A stretch of DNA of 63,481 bases, the filler included, from Octopus bimaculoides (taxonomy: Eukaryota), in the NCBI RefSeq assembly GCF_001194135.2. It is 5 parts of 4 records of this genome, joined end to end, with 100 filler letters (N's around TTAATTAATTAA, not from the genome) between each part and the next. Parts side by side here need not be neighbours in the genome. Positions count along the whole stretch, not along the records: positions 1 to 20,129 come from NC_068985.1; 4 more parts are not named here. The stretch is one strand, 5' to 3'. Below, one piece after another: positions 1 to 12,018 of this stretch. Numbering within the stretch: the first letter of the stretch is position 1; each line of letters starts with the position of its first letter. The notes below the pieces were generated by a model. It made no database searches. It worked only from the letters and a program-made list of their open reading frames with translations, and was not told the origin of the DNA. Position numbers and translations under genes: made by a program.

Positions 1-257
1 TATATATATATATATACATGCAGTATATATGTGTGTGTGTGTGTGTGTGTGCGTGCGCGTGTTTGTGTATATGTGTGTGCATGCGCGCGCGCGTGTGCAC
101 ATGTATATAATTGATATGTATAATACATAACGACGTTTCAAAGTTGTATAATCTGATTTTACGGTAGTTTAAGAATGTTTTACAAAGTATGTATTGGGAA
201 TCAATAATTTGACAAGAATCGTGCTTTGTAAAGTATATTTTTTTAACTTTGAAACAG

Positions 258-351
258 GTAGTTCTTTCATGATATACTGGACAGCCATCATTATACTATC
301 CCTTACTAATGAGATTATAATTTCATTGATTTGCTAAATGAATTACCTCTC
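258..351 (+). CDS. Candidate exon A of an unrecognised multi-exon gene (CDS 338-351, MNYL-S, or 269-351 if the TAA at 335-337 is a lesion)
   Basis: T-rich acceptor ending gaaacag at 257; donor CTC|GTAAGC at 352; ends in phase 2, matching exon B. All three frames contain a stop, as expected for a start-codon exon. Confidence 0.35.
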
Positions 352-898
352 GTAAGCAGATCTGCTGTAATGTGGAATATATTGCCGAAATACTTGAAAT
401 GCAAAAAATTTCCGTGTTTGTTAATTATCCTGTAACAATACTGTACAGTTTGTTTAATCTTGGTGAAGCCCTGCAGTATCCATTTGTCTGCTGCTCCTGG
501 ATTTATTTCATACAGTTAGTTACGTTTCTTTCTCCTTATTTCGAAGGCTTTCCAACCATGTGTTATGTTATATCTGCATAATAACAGCATAGATATTTTT
601 CGATATAAATCGATACATGCCATTGATTATTTCTGAATATATAATAATACTGGTATTGTTTATTCCACACAATGATAGGCAAGCTAATTCAAACGTATTT
701 AATCCACTTATTGGAGATTTTGAAATTGAGAGTGGATAACCTCTTAACAGATGGATATCTGTTTTGATAATTTTGACAATATTTCAAGAAACAAATAAAT
801 ATATTGTCCAAATATATTGTTCCTCACCTTTAGTGTATACTCTGCGAGGTGTAATGAATTGATATGCATTTATATCTCTTTTACCAGAGATTTCTTGT

Positions 899-1190
899 GG
901 AGGCGCCTGACTTTGTGGCTAAAAGTATTCGGCTGACAATCGTAAGGTCGTGTTTTCGAATCACGGCCGCGCGTTGTGTCCTTGCGCAAGACACTTTATG
1001 TTCCTGTTCCTCCAGTCCATTCAGCTGGCAAACACGAGCAGTACCTGTGCCACGCTGAATTTGCTTGTGAACTACGTTAAGGATACGCGTGACTGTGGAG
1101 TACTCAGCCATTTGCGCGTTGATTTCACGAGTAGGCTGCTCTGATCGGATCAATTGGAACTCGTATCGCCGTAACGAATGAAGTGCTAGT
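899..1190 (+). mobile_element. tRNA-derived SINE, family C
   Basis: tRNA-like head (A/B-box-like) followed by gttgtgtccttgcgcaagacactttat; body homologous to 9719-9965. Confidence 0.8.
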
Positions 1191-1911
1191 AAAAAAGCAG
1201 GAAATAATTTCTAGTCGCATCTCGGATACGAGCTGGAATACCCGCTCAGTCTCATTCATTGTAGATATTTACTCATAAACGTGATATCTAACATATTATG
1301 TGTTATAAAACAAATATGCAATATGTTTGTATTCTTAAAATCAGTGTTTGCACTCCTTAACACACGAGGAAAGATATGTACCAACAGCTGCCTTCTTGTT
1401 TTTTTTAGTATTACCAAACAATTATTACACTATTATATTCTGGATGTATTACAATGACAATGGCTTTTGAGTTAGGTTCATGGTCAATAATTTTGAATCG
1501 TAGGTATTTAGCCGATACTCTCGATCACAGCATTATTGTGGCCTTCAGTGGGAAGGTGGTGAAGTCATTGTGTTTTCAGTAATTAGAGTGTATAATGAGA
1601 ACTGAAAATTGCCACGCAGGCGCGAAAAGACTCATTGCATGGTGCATTAATTTTTCATGTTTCTGTATCATCGGGTAATATCTTTCTAAAATGTATTCAT
1701 GGTCTATATTTTAAATACCAATATGTAAATCTATATACCTGGATTAGTGAAAAATACTTACAAGTAGTTTCGGGGAATTTCCCCCACTTCACGAAAATCT
1801 TACATACTACAAAAGGTATTTCATGGTATAAATGGTAAATAAATAAAATGAATTTAATCTAAGAAAATCCAAATACATTTAATGAATTATTCTCGATCAT
1901 CTCGTTTGCAG

Positions 1912-2081
1912 CTGCGATGACTTCCTGATTGTTAAACCGGAATTGTCGACATACCTGCGTTGTATGGTCCATATTCATTTCAAATATGACGTAGACAATG
2001 GCAGCTTTCAGTGTAGCTATAATATTGTGATGATGTCGATTAGTCTCCCTTTCAAGAACGCGTTCATCGGTTTTGAATCTG
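1912..2081 (+). CDS. Candidate exon B (170 nt, phase 2 to 1): CDDFLIVKPELSTYLRCMVHIHFKYDVDNGSFQCSYNIVMMSISLPFKNAFIGFES
   Basis: Acceptor ctcgtttgcag, donor CTG|GTGAGC, single open frame. Competing reading: antisense of a decayed mariner C-terminus. Confidence 0.4.
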
Positions 2082-3795
2082 GTGAGCTTAGAAATCACAG
2101 GTTTAGTGTCACACCTCGGGTTTAACAACTGCTTCCATTAATGCAACTTATTTCGTAGCATTATTTCTAAGAATCAATAGAAACAAGTTATTTACTATGA
2201 CACGACCTTCGTTAATCGTCGCCTCTAAAACCATTGAAGTTGCTGGAATCTTAGTGTGCCTCAATCAGCAGAAATCTGAAGAATTTGCACATAAAGCCTG
2301 TAATATTTTCGGTTACATTTTTCGTCTAACTTGAAGAGAGTACAACATATATCCAATATCCTCATGCCACAAAGTTCTGATGGTATAATCCAACTGAGGT
2401 TCGTCGAAGGCTCTCATTGATTTTCCAGCGTTGCCATAAATTGTATTTTGAACCCATTAGATGAATTGCAATGTTATAGTGTCAGAATGTTTTAATGATT
2501 TTTTTTGAAGTAGTTGATAATTCTCAGGAATGGCTTCCACTATCATGTGAATTTTGTGTACAAATGACTATGCAACATGCAGATATTTGGGAATTACGAA
2601 GTCACTCTTTACACACTCATATATGGTAGTAGTGACTTCATGTCTTTTCATTTCTTGTGTTAGCATTGTGTCCGCCATGGAAAAGTTGAAACAACTCTGA
2701 AGCTTTTAATTGCTTTCAGAAAGTAATATACTGATAATTAATTGTCCTCAAATACCCCTGGCAGCCTGCAGATCCAGTGTTTACATGAATATATTAACAA
2801 TAGAATATAAGATCGGTTTTTTTTATAGAATATAAGACATCCATATATTAATACGTTAATAGGGTGTATTTTACACTCCTATCAATATATATTGCAACTA
2901 AGATCTGAATTGAATTCTTGTTGTTCGCATTTCAATTGGCATGAAAACTGGAGCATCCAATTTCAGCTTCTGAAAATGTTATATCCTACATGTTTTAGAA
3001 CCTGAAGGATAGTATGTATACACTTAAATCGTTATATCTATGTACATACACACACATTTAAACATACACACACACTTAAACATACACACATACACTTGCA
3101 TGTTATCATATATGCAAATGCATTCATCGACATAAACTTAACTTTTATTCGTTTCTTTGTGTTGTTGTAAGTGAGTGTTTTGCAAGAAAACCAGCTGAAC
3201 AAAGACAGAAGCCGATCGATTACGCTTAAGCAATATTAAAGACTTTTCAATAAAATACAAATAGTAAGATTCAACTGCTAAACTGTCATTTTTATAACGC
3301 ATACGTGCTACACAAAACTTCGCAGCCTCCATTAAATTATGCCGTCAGTCAAATAGTGTAAAGAACTTGTCATGAACTAGTTCCCCCTTCACATCCATTT
3401 GGTGTTTTTCTTTCAATTATTTTCTAAATATCATTTCCATTTTGTTTATAGAAAATGCAATTACACTAATATGCTAATGAGCCAATTAAGAAAGATACTG
3501 AAAGGAAGCGATTCACTTATAATTCCTTGATTTAATTAGAATGACAGCTGCTTGCTGAAAGCATGAAGAACAGAATTGTGTTAAAATACACCTTTGCCAT
3601 TAATTCTTCCGTCTTAAATTTAGCATTCTCTCAATAGTTTCATTATTGTTAGAAACGACTCTCTTGTGGAAGAAATTAAAGTATAGTAAAAATTATTCTT
3701 GTTCATCAAAATCATACGGGATTAAGTTAATAAATTTTTATCTTAACATATTGCGAATCAGTTTTTACTAGTGCTATTTATTATTTGGTATCTTA

Positions 3796-4020
3796 GGCGG
3801 CGAGCTGCCAGAAACGTTAGTACGCCGGGTGGATTGCTTAGCGGTATTTCGTCTGTCGCTACGTTCTGAGTTCAAATTCCGCCAGGCTCGTCTTTGCCTT
3901 TCATCCATTTGGGGTCGATCAATTAAGTACCAGTTACGCACTGGGGGCGATGTAATTGACTTAATCCATTTCTCTGTCCTTGTTTGTCCCCTCCATGTTT
4001 AGCACCTTGTGGGTAATCAA
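3796..4020 (+). mobile_element. tRNA-derived SINE, family A (near full length)
   Basis: Head ggcggcgagctgccagaaacgttag, B box gagttcaaattcc, body tttgcctttcatcc...ggggtcgat...aagtaccagtt; about 18 related copies in the window. Confidence 0.9.
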
Positions 4021-4208
4021 CTTTCTCCCCTTCCAACATATTTCAGGCCTTTGTGATTTTAGTAGAAAGGATCTATCATTTGGTGTCTGTATACAAAGTT
4101 TGGAAGCGTATTTGAATTTAAAAAAACAAACAAACACATTTTCGAAAACAAAAATAACACACAGCTATTCATTAACACTTACTTTTTGCTTATAAACAGA
4201 TTGTTATA

Positions 4209-4437
4209 CAGTAATCTCTCGACTATCGCGGGTGTTACGTTCCAAAACCCCCCACAAAAATAATTAGAATCTACAAAGATGTAAATACCTGCCGGCCGCA
4301 GAAACCCGCGAAATGCCGAAGAGTCCGCGATATAAATTTTTAAATATATTAGCCAGCGATGTACTGAGTGCGCGATAGATGAAACGCGATGTACTGAGTG
4401 CGTTATAGGTTAACCGTGATATGGAGAAGGATTACTG
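4209..4437. mobile_element. pogo/Tigger-like MITE
   Basis: Terminal inverted repeats cagtaatctctc.../...gagaaggattactg, TA on both flanks, internal duplication of cgatgtactgagtgcg. Confidence 0.75.
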
Positions 4438-5185
4438 TACTGGGATTTCATTTCTTGTTCTTCAATGCCAATATCATTCATTTCAAACATAATCCCTCAC
4501 CATGCTCATTAGATGATAACTTAAGCTCTTGAAGAGATACTCCATCATATCAGTTCTCCATTATCTTACGTAGTTTTACTCCGAGCAGTATCATAGTCTT
4601 CTTCAGGTATGATTCCCATTTTCCCCTTGATCTTCATCTACGTCTTACGTATACATGATAAATATTCTTCTACATAACATACGCTGTAATTTCGACATTG
4701 GTCATGTGGCTCGTCCTACAATGATTCTATCCTCTAAGGAGATGCTTGCCATTTCAGTTAAATTGATATTGAATTCTCTTGAGCATGATGTTCCCTCGGA
4801 ATGTACAGTTTGAATAAATATATACAGAGAATGCAATTACATGAACTAATGATCCGAAAAACATTTTATGCTGTACCTTTTATGAGTGCGAAAAAAAGAT
4901 TATTCGACTTTCAAATTAATTAATGTTTAGCAAATGCTGTTAATGTTTTGAACCACTAATCTCTTAGCTTAGACTTTTTGGGGAGCAACCATATCGAACC
5001 ATCTGAAGTGAAATTACCCGAAATGGTCGTGACTTCTGGAACTTGACTGACAAAAGAAAGCCACGAATGATCCGCCTTTCTTTGCCTGTCGTCCTAATTG
5101 TTGTTTCTCTTGTCCGGCTTTGTAGCATCTATCTGTCCAATTGTTTTAATGTCCTCTGTTGCGTTTTTGTTCTAGTTATTTATAT

Positions 5186-5292
5186 GTGCGTGTGTGTGTG
5201 TGTGTGTGTATGTGTGTTTGTGTGTGCGTGTATACGTGTGTGTGTATGTGTGAGTATGTGCGTGTGTGCGTGCCTGCGTGCGTGTGTGTGTA
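5186..5292. repeat. (GT)n compound microsatellite
   Basis: Direct inspection. Confidence 0.95.
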
Positions 5293-6213
5293 TCTTATGA
5301 GTGCCTCTCATTTGATCTAGAATATTCGCCAGTTAAAATATAACATTAAAATAACGAAGAAAAGTACTGCATTCGTTAAATATATTACCGTTCCTTCTGC
5401 CGTTTATAATTTTATCCAAAGCTGTTTAAGAATATAGATCCATTATATTTGCGTAAAACGCATTTCCAGTTGTAGAAGAAGAAAGCTGTCTCGCTATTCT
5501 AAAGAATTGAAAACCTGAAAGTTTAAGAAATATTTCTGTTTCGTGCACGAATTATCCAGAATGTTTTGGAAATTAGCCTTAAGAAATTTTCAATTTAAAT
5601 TAACAATGCAACTTCAATGCATATTCTGTCCTTTAAACGTTAAAACACGCTAAAACATAAACACAACCCACGCTTTGGCATTAAGAGATGTAAATCTTGC
5701 AGTGATCGTGACAAACAAATATAAAACAGTTATTAGTTTTAAAACTTGACAGTTTTATGAAGTATACTAATCATTGGCGTTTTTGTTTAGAATAAATATT
5801 ACACAGGTGTAATTGCCTGGCAAGTGTTTTCCTCTCAGATCGCGTTTTGAAACTAAAACGAACACAGTGTGAGAGACTCAAGTTAGTGATTTAGAAACAC
5901 AGAAAGGGCCGTTAACTTCACTTAAAAATTTATTAGTTGGGATACTGTATCAAAATTTTCGCTCCGTGAGACTGCGACCGATTTCACTGACGAAATTTGT
6001 GCTGTATCTAAAATTACGCTCTTACATAGCGATATACTTAGCTTGTAAACGTCCAGGGAGTTTTATTGGCGTTTTTGCTTAGGATAGCATAAAGACAGCC
6101 GTTCTAGATGAGTGCTTTTAGCTGGTTAGTTACAATTGGTCTTTTGGCATTTAGTGGTATTTCATGTATTCAACTTTCTCTTGTTCATTCTCTTTTTCTA
6201 TAACATTTTATAG

Positions 6214-6226
6214 AGATGAATACAAT
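6214..6226 (+). CDS. Candidate 13-nt microexon C (AGATGAATACAAT, phase 1 to 2, E-M-N-T-I)
   Basis: Long polypyrimidine tract ending ttttatag at 6213; consensus donor AAT|GTGAGT; bridges the phases of exons B and D. Confidence 0.4.
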
Positions 6227-6289
6227 GTGAGTGGGAGGGTTGAAGATTTGAAGGAATTGCTCCAGGGACAACGCAAGTTTGAACAATAA

Positions 6290-6363
6290 TAGTAATAGCT
6301 GCAGCAATAGTTTATATTGAAGCAGTTGTAACCGTGGTGGTAGTAGAAGTAGCAGGTGTTGAT

Positions 6364-6416
<53 letters not shown>

Positions 6417-6417
6417 T

Positions 6418-6454
<37 letters not shown>

Positions 6455-6581
6455 CAGTGGTAGCAGTAGTATAGTAGTAGTAGTAGTAGTAGCAGCAGCA
6501 GCAGTGGTAGTAGTAGTAGTAGTAGTAGTAGCAGCAGTGGTAGTAGTAGTAGTTGTAGTAGCAGCAGCAGTGGTAGTAGTT

Positions 6582-6636
<55 letters not shown>

Positions 6637-6659
6637 CAGCAGCAACATTGGTAGTAGTT

Positions 6660-6720
<61 letters not shown>

Positions 6721-6730
6721 AAGTAGTAGT
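6290..6730. repeat. (GTA)n array with GCA/GTG/GTT interruptions
   Basis: Direct inspection; source of the poly-V and poly-L/Y ORFs in the track. Confidence 0.95.
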
Positions 6731-6842
6731 GTACGTCGCAGAAGCTGTAGAGGCAGTGATAGCGTTGTTGTAGCGTTAGCGGCGAGGGGCACCAATATTT
6801 CAGTGATGATTATTTGTACTCTAAGTAAAAGGTCTTGCATTT

Positions 6843-7013
6843 TTTGGGGGGAAGGGAGCGAGTCAGTTATATCGACCCCAGTGCGTAACTGGTACTTTCA
6901 TTGATGAAAGGCAAGATCGACCTCGGCAGAATTTGAACACAGAACGTAGCGGCAGACGAAATACCGCTTAGTATTTCGCCCGGCGTGCTAACGATTCTGC
7001 CAGGTCACCGCCT
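6843..7013 (-). mobile_element. SINE family A
   Basis: Reverse complement of the head and body at 3796. Confidence 0.9.
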
Positions 7014-7032
7014 TAGCTGGAGCAATAATAAT

Positions 7033-7165
7033 ACTTAGCGGCATTTCATTTATGACTTTATGTTCTAAATTGAACCTCCACTGAGGTTGACTTTGTCTTT
7101 TATCCTTTCGGGGAGGATGAAATACGCACCAGTTGAACTGTCACTCCCTGCTACAGATTTCTCCC

Positions 7166-7170
<5 letters not shown>
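7033..7170 (+). mobile_element. SINE family A, 5'-truncated and diverged
   Basis: cttagcggcattt...gaggttgactttgtcttttatcctttcgggg matches the family body. Confidence 0.7.
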
Positions 7171-7199
<29 letters not shown>

Positions 7200-7368
7200 A
7201 TAAAGAAAAATACGTCTACAGAAAAATCACATCTTCAATTGTAGAATTCATGTAGGAAAGTCGACAACTGCTTTTGTTGTATTAACATATTTAAGTATAG
7301 AAAATATCATTGAAATTACAGGTTAATACAAAAATGGGTGCTTTATTAATACCTACTTTATTAATACC

Positions 7369-7419
7369 TTCTTCTTCTTCTTCTTCTTCTTCTTCTTCTT
7401 CTTCTTCTTCTTCTTCTTC
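7369..7419. repeat. (CTT)n microsatellite running into a gap
   Basis: Direct inspection. Confidence 0.95.
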
Positions 7420-8505
7420 NNNNNNNNNNNNNNNNNNNNNNNNNNNNNNNNNNNNNNNNNNNNNNNNNNNNNNNNNNNNNNNNNNNNNNNNNNNNNNNNN
7501 NNNNNNNNNNNNNNNNNNNNNNNNNNNNNNNNNNNNNNNNNNNNNNNNNNNNNNNNNNNNNNNNNNNNNNNNNNNNNNNNNNNNNNNNNNNNNNNNNNNN
7601 NNNNNNNNNNNNNNNNNNNNNNNNNNNNNNNNNNNNNNNNNNNNNNNNNNNNNNNNNNNNNNNNNNNNNNNNNNNNNNNNNNNNNNNNNNNNNNNNNNNN
7701 NNNNNNNNNNNNNNNNNNNNNNNNNNNNNNNNNNNNNNNNNNNNNNNNNNNNNNNNNNNNNNNNNNNNNNNNNNNNNNNNNNNNNNNNNNNNNNNNNNNN
7801 NNNNNNNNNNNNNNNNNNNNNNNNNNNNNNNNNNNNNNNNNNNNNNNNNNNNNNNNNNNNNNNNNNNNNNNNNNNNNNNNNNNNNNNNNNNNNNNNNNNN
7901 NNNNNNNNNNNNNNNNNNNNNNNNNNNNNNNNNNNNNNNNNNNNNNNNNNNNNNNNNNNNNNNNNNNNNNNNNNNNNNNNNNNNNNNNNNNNNTCATGCA
8001 TATAGTTGCATATCTAAACATGGTGAAATATATTTAAATGATAAACTACTGGAAAGTTTTACAGATTTTTACAGTTCCGGTGATGGACTGAATCTGTAGT
8101 CTTAAGCGTGTATCTATACATCTAAACTGTTAGTAAATTTGCTGCGTGTAAATGTCTAATATGTAGTTATTGGCTATGTCTCAATTTGTCACTTTGCATC
8201 TGAGTCGAATATGACATCCTTCATTTTTTTCGTGATGAAATATGTAAATGTCGATGTACCGGTATTGATTTTATTGTCTAAAGGTCTTAAATATAACAGC
8301 CAACTGTGGTCAAGTTCTTTTCAAAGTTGAATATTACAATATTCTGCTATGGAAACCAAAATTTATTCACGGAAACCAGCAAATAAATTATGTAATTTCA
8401 TCAAACATTATGTTAAATATGGTCCCGCATATCGGAAAGTGAGCAGAAGTGTCAGTGACGTAAATATGAGCAGTAATTAATTAAGGATTTTCTTTGTTCT
8501 TTTAG

Positions 8506-8667
8506 ATTTCTCAATAAAGAACACTTCGATTTTAATTTTGGGGCACCCGGTTCATATTGTCAAATGAACACGTCACATCCTAATCTCTATTTTGTATTGT
8601 ACGCTGAAATTCAACTGGTGACTACAAACGTAACAATGACTCCGATTCGACGCAAAAAAGTCGCTCG
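8506..8667 (+). CDS. Candidate exon D (162 nt, phase 2 to 2): FLNKEHFDFNFGAPGSYCQMNTSHPNLYFVLYAEIQLVTTNVTMTPIRRKKVA
   Basis: Strong acceptor ttttctttgttcttttag, donor TCG|GTAAGA, one open frame across the whole exon. Confidence 0.55.
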
Positions 8668-9104
8668 GTAAGATGATTCCTTAATATAACATTTCCATTC
8701 TGGATGAAGTTCAAGTGCAATAAATCTGGTGTTAGGAATTGATTATATGCATTACATATTCTCAGTATATTTCTCACCAAAGTTTAATGGGAATAAGTGT
8801 TTAACCAATGTATCATCTCAAATATAAATGTTGTAATATTTGCTGATGTACTTTTATCTGTAGCACAAATATAATTTGGCATTTTGTTTCACTTTCATAA
8901 GATTTATTACCGTATTGAACTAACCAATATGGAAGTCAATAACCAGAGTATATGATATATCATACATCCATAAAATACGTACGTTCGTTATTAAGCGCTT
9001 TTGATCAGAACATTATTAAGAACGAGTCTATTAATATGTGAAGTTCTTTTTCGTTAATGCCTTTTTAATTGAACAATCTTTCGCTGTATTCTTCACTTTG
9101 TTAG

Positions 9105-9158
9105 AGATTCATACTTTGCAAAAGGGAATATCAAAGAAATATCCCCCTAAACGTATAT
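9105..9158 (+). CDS. Candidate exon E (54 nt, phase 2 to 2): DSYFAKGNIKEISPKRI
   Basis: Acceptor tattcttcactttgttag, donor ATT|GTGAGT, open in the phase left by exon D. Confidence 0.5.
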
Positions 9159-9247
9159 TGTGAGTAATAAAACGACAATGTATAGTAATTGAACTGCCAT
9201 TTCTAAGTACGTACACACAATATACATAATTTTATATATATATATAT

Positions 9248-9658
9248 ATTCTTTTATTCTTTTATTTGTTTCAGTCATTTGACTGCGGCCATGTTGGAGC
9301 ACGGCCTTTAGCCGAGAAAATCGGCCTCAGGATTTAGTATTCTTTGTAAGACTAGTACTTACTTAATGGGGCTATTTTGCCGGACCGCTAATTTACGGGA
9401 ACGTAAACACGCCAACATCAGTTGTCAAGCGATGGAAGGGGACAAACAAAGACACACAAGCCCACACACACATACACACACACACGCGCGCACACACATA
9501 TACGACAGGATTCTCTCAGTTTCCGTCTACCAAATCCACTCACAAGGCTTTGATCGGCCCGACGCTATAGCAAAAGTCACTTACTCAAGATGCCACGCAG
9601 TGAGACTGAAACCGGTACCATGTAGTTGGTAAGAAGGCTACTTACTACACAACCATTC
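9248..9658 (-). mobile_element. SINE family B (head, internal (CA)n, tail)
   Basis: Reverse complement of head gtagtaagtagcctt...ttcagtc and tail gtgctccaacatggccgcagtcaaatgactgaaac. Confidence 0.9.
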
Positions 9659-9718
9659 CCACGACTATATATATACACACTCATACATGACTCTGTGTGT
9701 GTGGGGGGGTGGGGGTGA

Positions 9719-9965
9719 ACGCACATGGCTTCAGGGTTAGGGCATTCGCAAGATCGTAAGTTCAATTCCTGGCAATGCGTTGTGTCCATGAGCAAGGCAC
9801 TTTATTTCACATTGCTCCTGTCCACGAGGCTGGTAAAGATGACTTGTACCTTTATTTCAAAGTCCCAGCTTTGTCATATTGTGTATCATGCTGAATTTCC
9901 CTGAGAACTACGTTAAGGGTACCTGTGTCTCTGGAGTGCTCAGATCATCTGGACACTTTGTAAGG
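9719..9965 (+). mobile_element. SINE family C
   Basis: gcacatggcttcagggttaggg...tgtgtccatgagcaaggcactttat...gaactacgttaagg, homologous to 899-1190. Confidence 0.8.
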
Positions 9966-11286
9966 GACAGAGTGCCAGTTATATATATATATATATATAC
10001 ACTAATAGATGTGTGTATTTTTCCCTTGTTTAAAATAAACACGAAAAAAATGGATAAATAGTTACTAGGGTAACAAAAAAATCACACAAGTAAAAAGGGC
10101 GTAACACCTTGTTTNNNNNNNNNNNNNNNNNNNNNNNNNNNNNNNNNNNNNNNNNNNNNNNNNNNNNNNNNNNNNNNNNNNNNNNNNNNNNNNNNNNNNN
10201 NNNNNNNNNNNNNNNNNNNNNNNNNNNNNNNNNNNNNNNNNNNNNNNNNNNNNNNNNNNNNNNNNNNNNNNNNNNNNNNNNNNNNNNNNNNNNNNNNNNN
10301 NNNNNNNNNNNNNNNNNNNNNNNNNNNNNNNNNNNNNNNNNNNNNNNNNNNNNNNNNNNNNNNNNNNNNNNNNNNNNNNNNNNNNNNNNNNNNNNNNNNN
10401 NNNNNNNNNNNNNNNNNNNNNNNNNNNNNNNNNNNNNNNNNNNNNNNNNNNNNNNNNNNNNNNNNNNNNNNNNNNNNNNNNNNNNNNNNNNNNNNNNNNN
10501 NNNNNNNNNNNNNNNNNNNNNNNNNNNNNNNNNNNNNNNNNNNNTATATATATGCATATATTATGCTTAATATCTTCACTACAACGTGTACTGACGCCAC
10601 GATACAATCGTTTTCATATCACAGTTTCACTTATCTCCCAACCAAAAAGCGTTCTCGAGAAACTTAAATATAACATCGTTTTTGTTTTCTCCAATAATAC
10701 AAATACAATATTCCCTGAGATCTATTATATATGGATATTAGGGATGATAAGGGATGTAACGGGAGAAAATTATCAAACATTGAAATCAATGAAGTCGACT
10801 TGCAATGATGCCGAAGAAATAATAAATGAAGCGGGGATTTACTAGGAATATTGTCAGCAATGATTCAGATTAACATGTCAATAAGACTATTTATCATTGG
10901 AAATGCAATAAAAGAGGGATTAGGAAAAAATCGAATGATGTTTTGGAAATAAATAATGCATTGTTTTTGTGTAACAATGAAATCTGAAACAGATCTATGA
11001 CTACGGAAAAATTAAATCGTGCAACATTGCTCAAAGATATGAGATTAAGAGCGTTGTTTAATAAAAATGACGGAAATAGTGTCAGTGAATTTATTTCTGA
11101 CAGCTCTATTGAGGATCACTAAATCCATAAAAAGCAATATTTTAGATTGCTTCTAAACAAGAGCGGTTTTTCACTTGCGTAAACAGACACACATGTATAT
11201 AAGCTCATATATACAGACATATACACAAACATTAGCATACATCCATATATATATATATATANNNNNNNNNNATATGTAAATTCCAA

Positions 11287-11452
11287 GCGCAGATGTGGCT
11301 ATGTGGTAAGAAACTTTCTTCCCAAACATATGGTTCCAGATTCAATCCCACTGCGTGGCACCTTGGGCAGGTGTCTTAACATAGCTTCGGGTCGACCAAA
11401 GATTTGTGAGTGGATTTAGTAGACGGAAACTAAAAGAAGCCAAAGAGACACA
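11287..11452 (+). mobile_element. SINE family B, head and body only
   Basis: gtggctatgtggtaag...ttcaatcccactgcgtggcaccttgggcag...gacggaaactaaaagaagcc. Confidence 0.9.
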
Positions 11453-11943
11453 GTCCTCTAGATTTAATAGTTGATAAAAGACAAATAAATTAGAAATGAA
11501 CCACAATCCTTTACAATCTATAACCCCAGTAAGCTTCATGCTTTTCCTGGAAGTGTAGTATATTCTTCGCTTCAATAGCGACAATATGGATGACTTCTAT
11601 CTTCTTGCTCTGTCAAATATTTGAGGAAAATTATATTAATGTGTCCGACTGATCAACATTCTATTTATTAATGCAGCTGATGATAGCCCTGCATTTAAAT
11701 TGATGCAATGATTGCATTATTTAATTAAATGGAGCCCCTTGAAACGGTCGTACTTCATCACTTCTTGATATCCTGTTGCTTATTTTGATTTTATTCACCG
11801 TACCTCGAGCTGAGCGGATAATACCGGACTGAATCTCAATTATCTCTTACACATACACAAACACACACACACACTCACACATATGTATATGTATACACAC
11901 ACACACATACACACACACACACACATGTATATANNNNNNNNNN

Positions 11944-12018
<75 letters not shown>

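Noticed and set aside
2180-2720. Possible ancient CR1/L2 3' remnant
   Set aside because: Only faint resemblance; no motif I can quote with confidence.
3796-3890. tRNA genes at SINE heads
   Set aside because: A and B boxes are present but no cloverleaf or poly-T terminator; they continue into SINE bodies.
6208-6840. 210-aa poly-Leu/Tyr and 89-aa poly-Val ORFs
   Set aside because: Translations of the (GTA)n array.
10552-10845. 97-aa ORF
   Set aside because: No recognisable motif and no splice sites in the phase needed by the exon chain.
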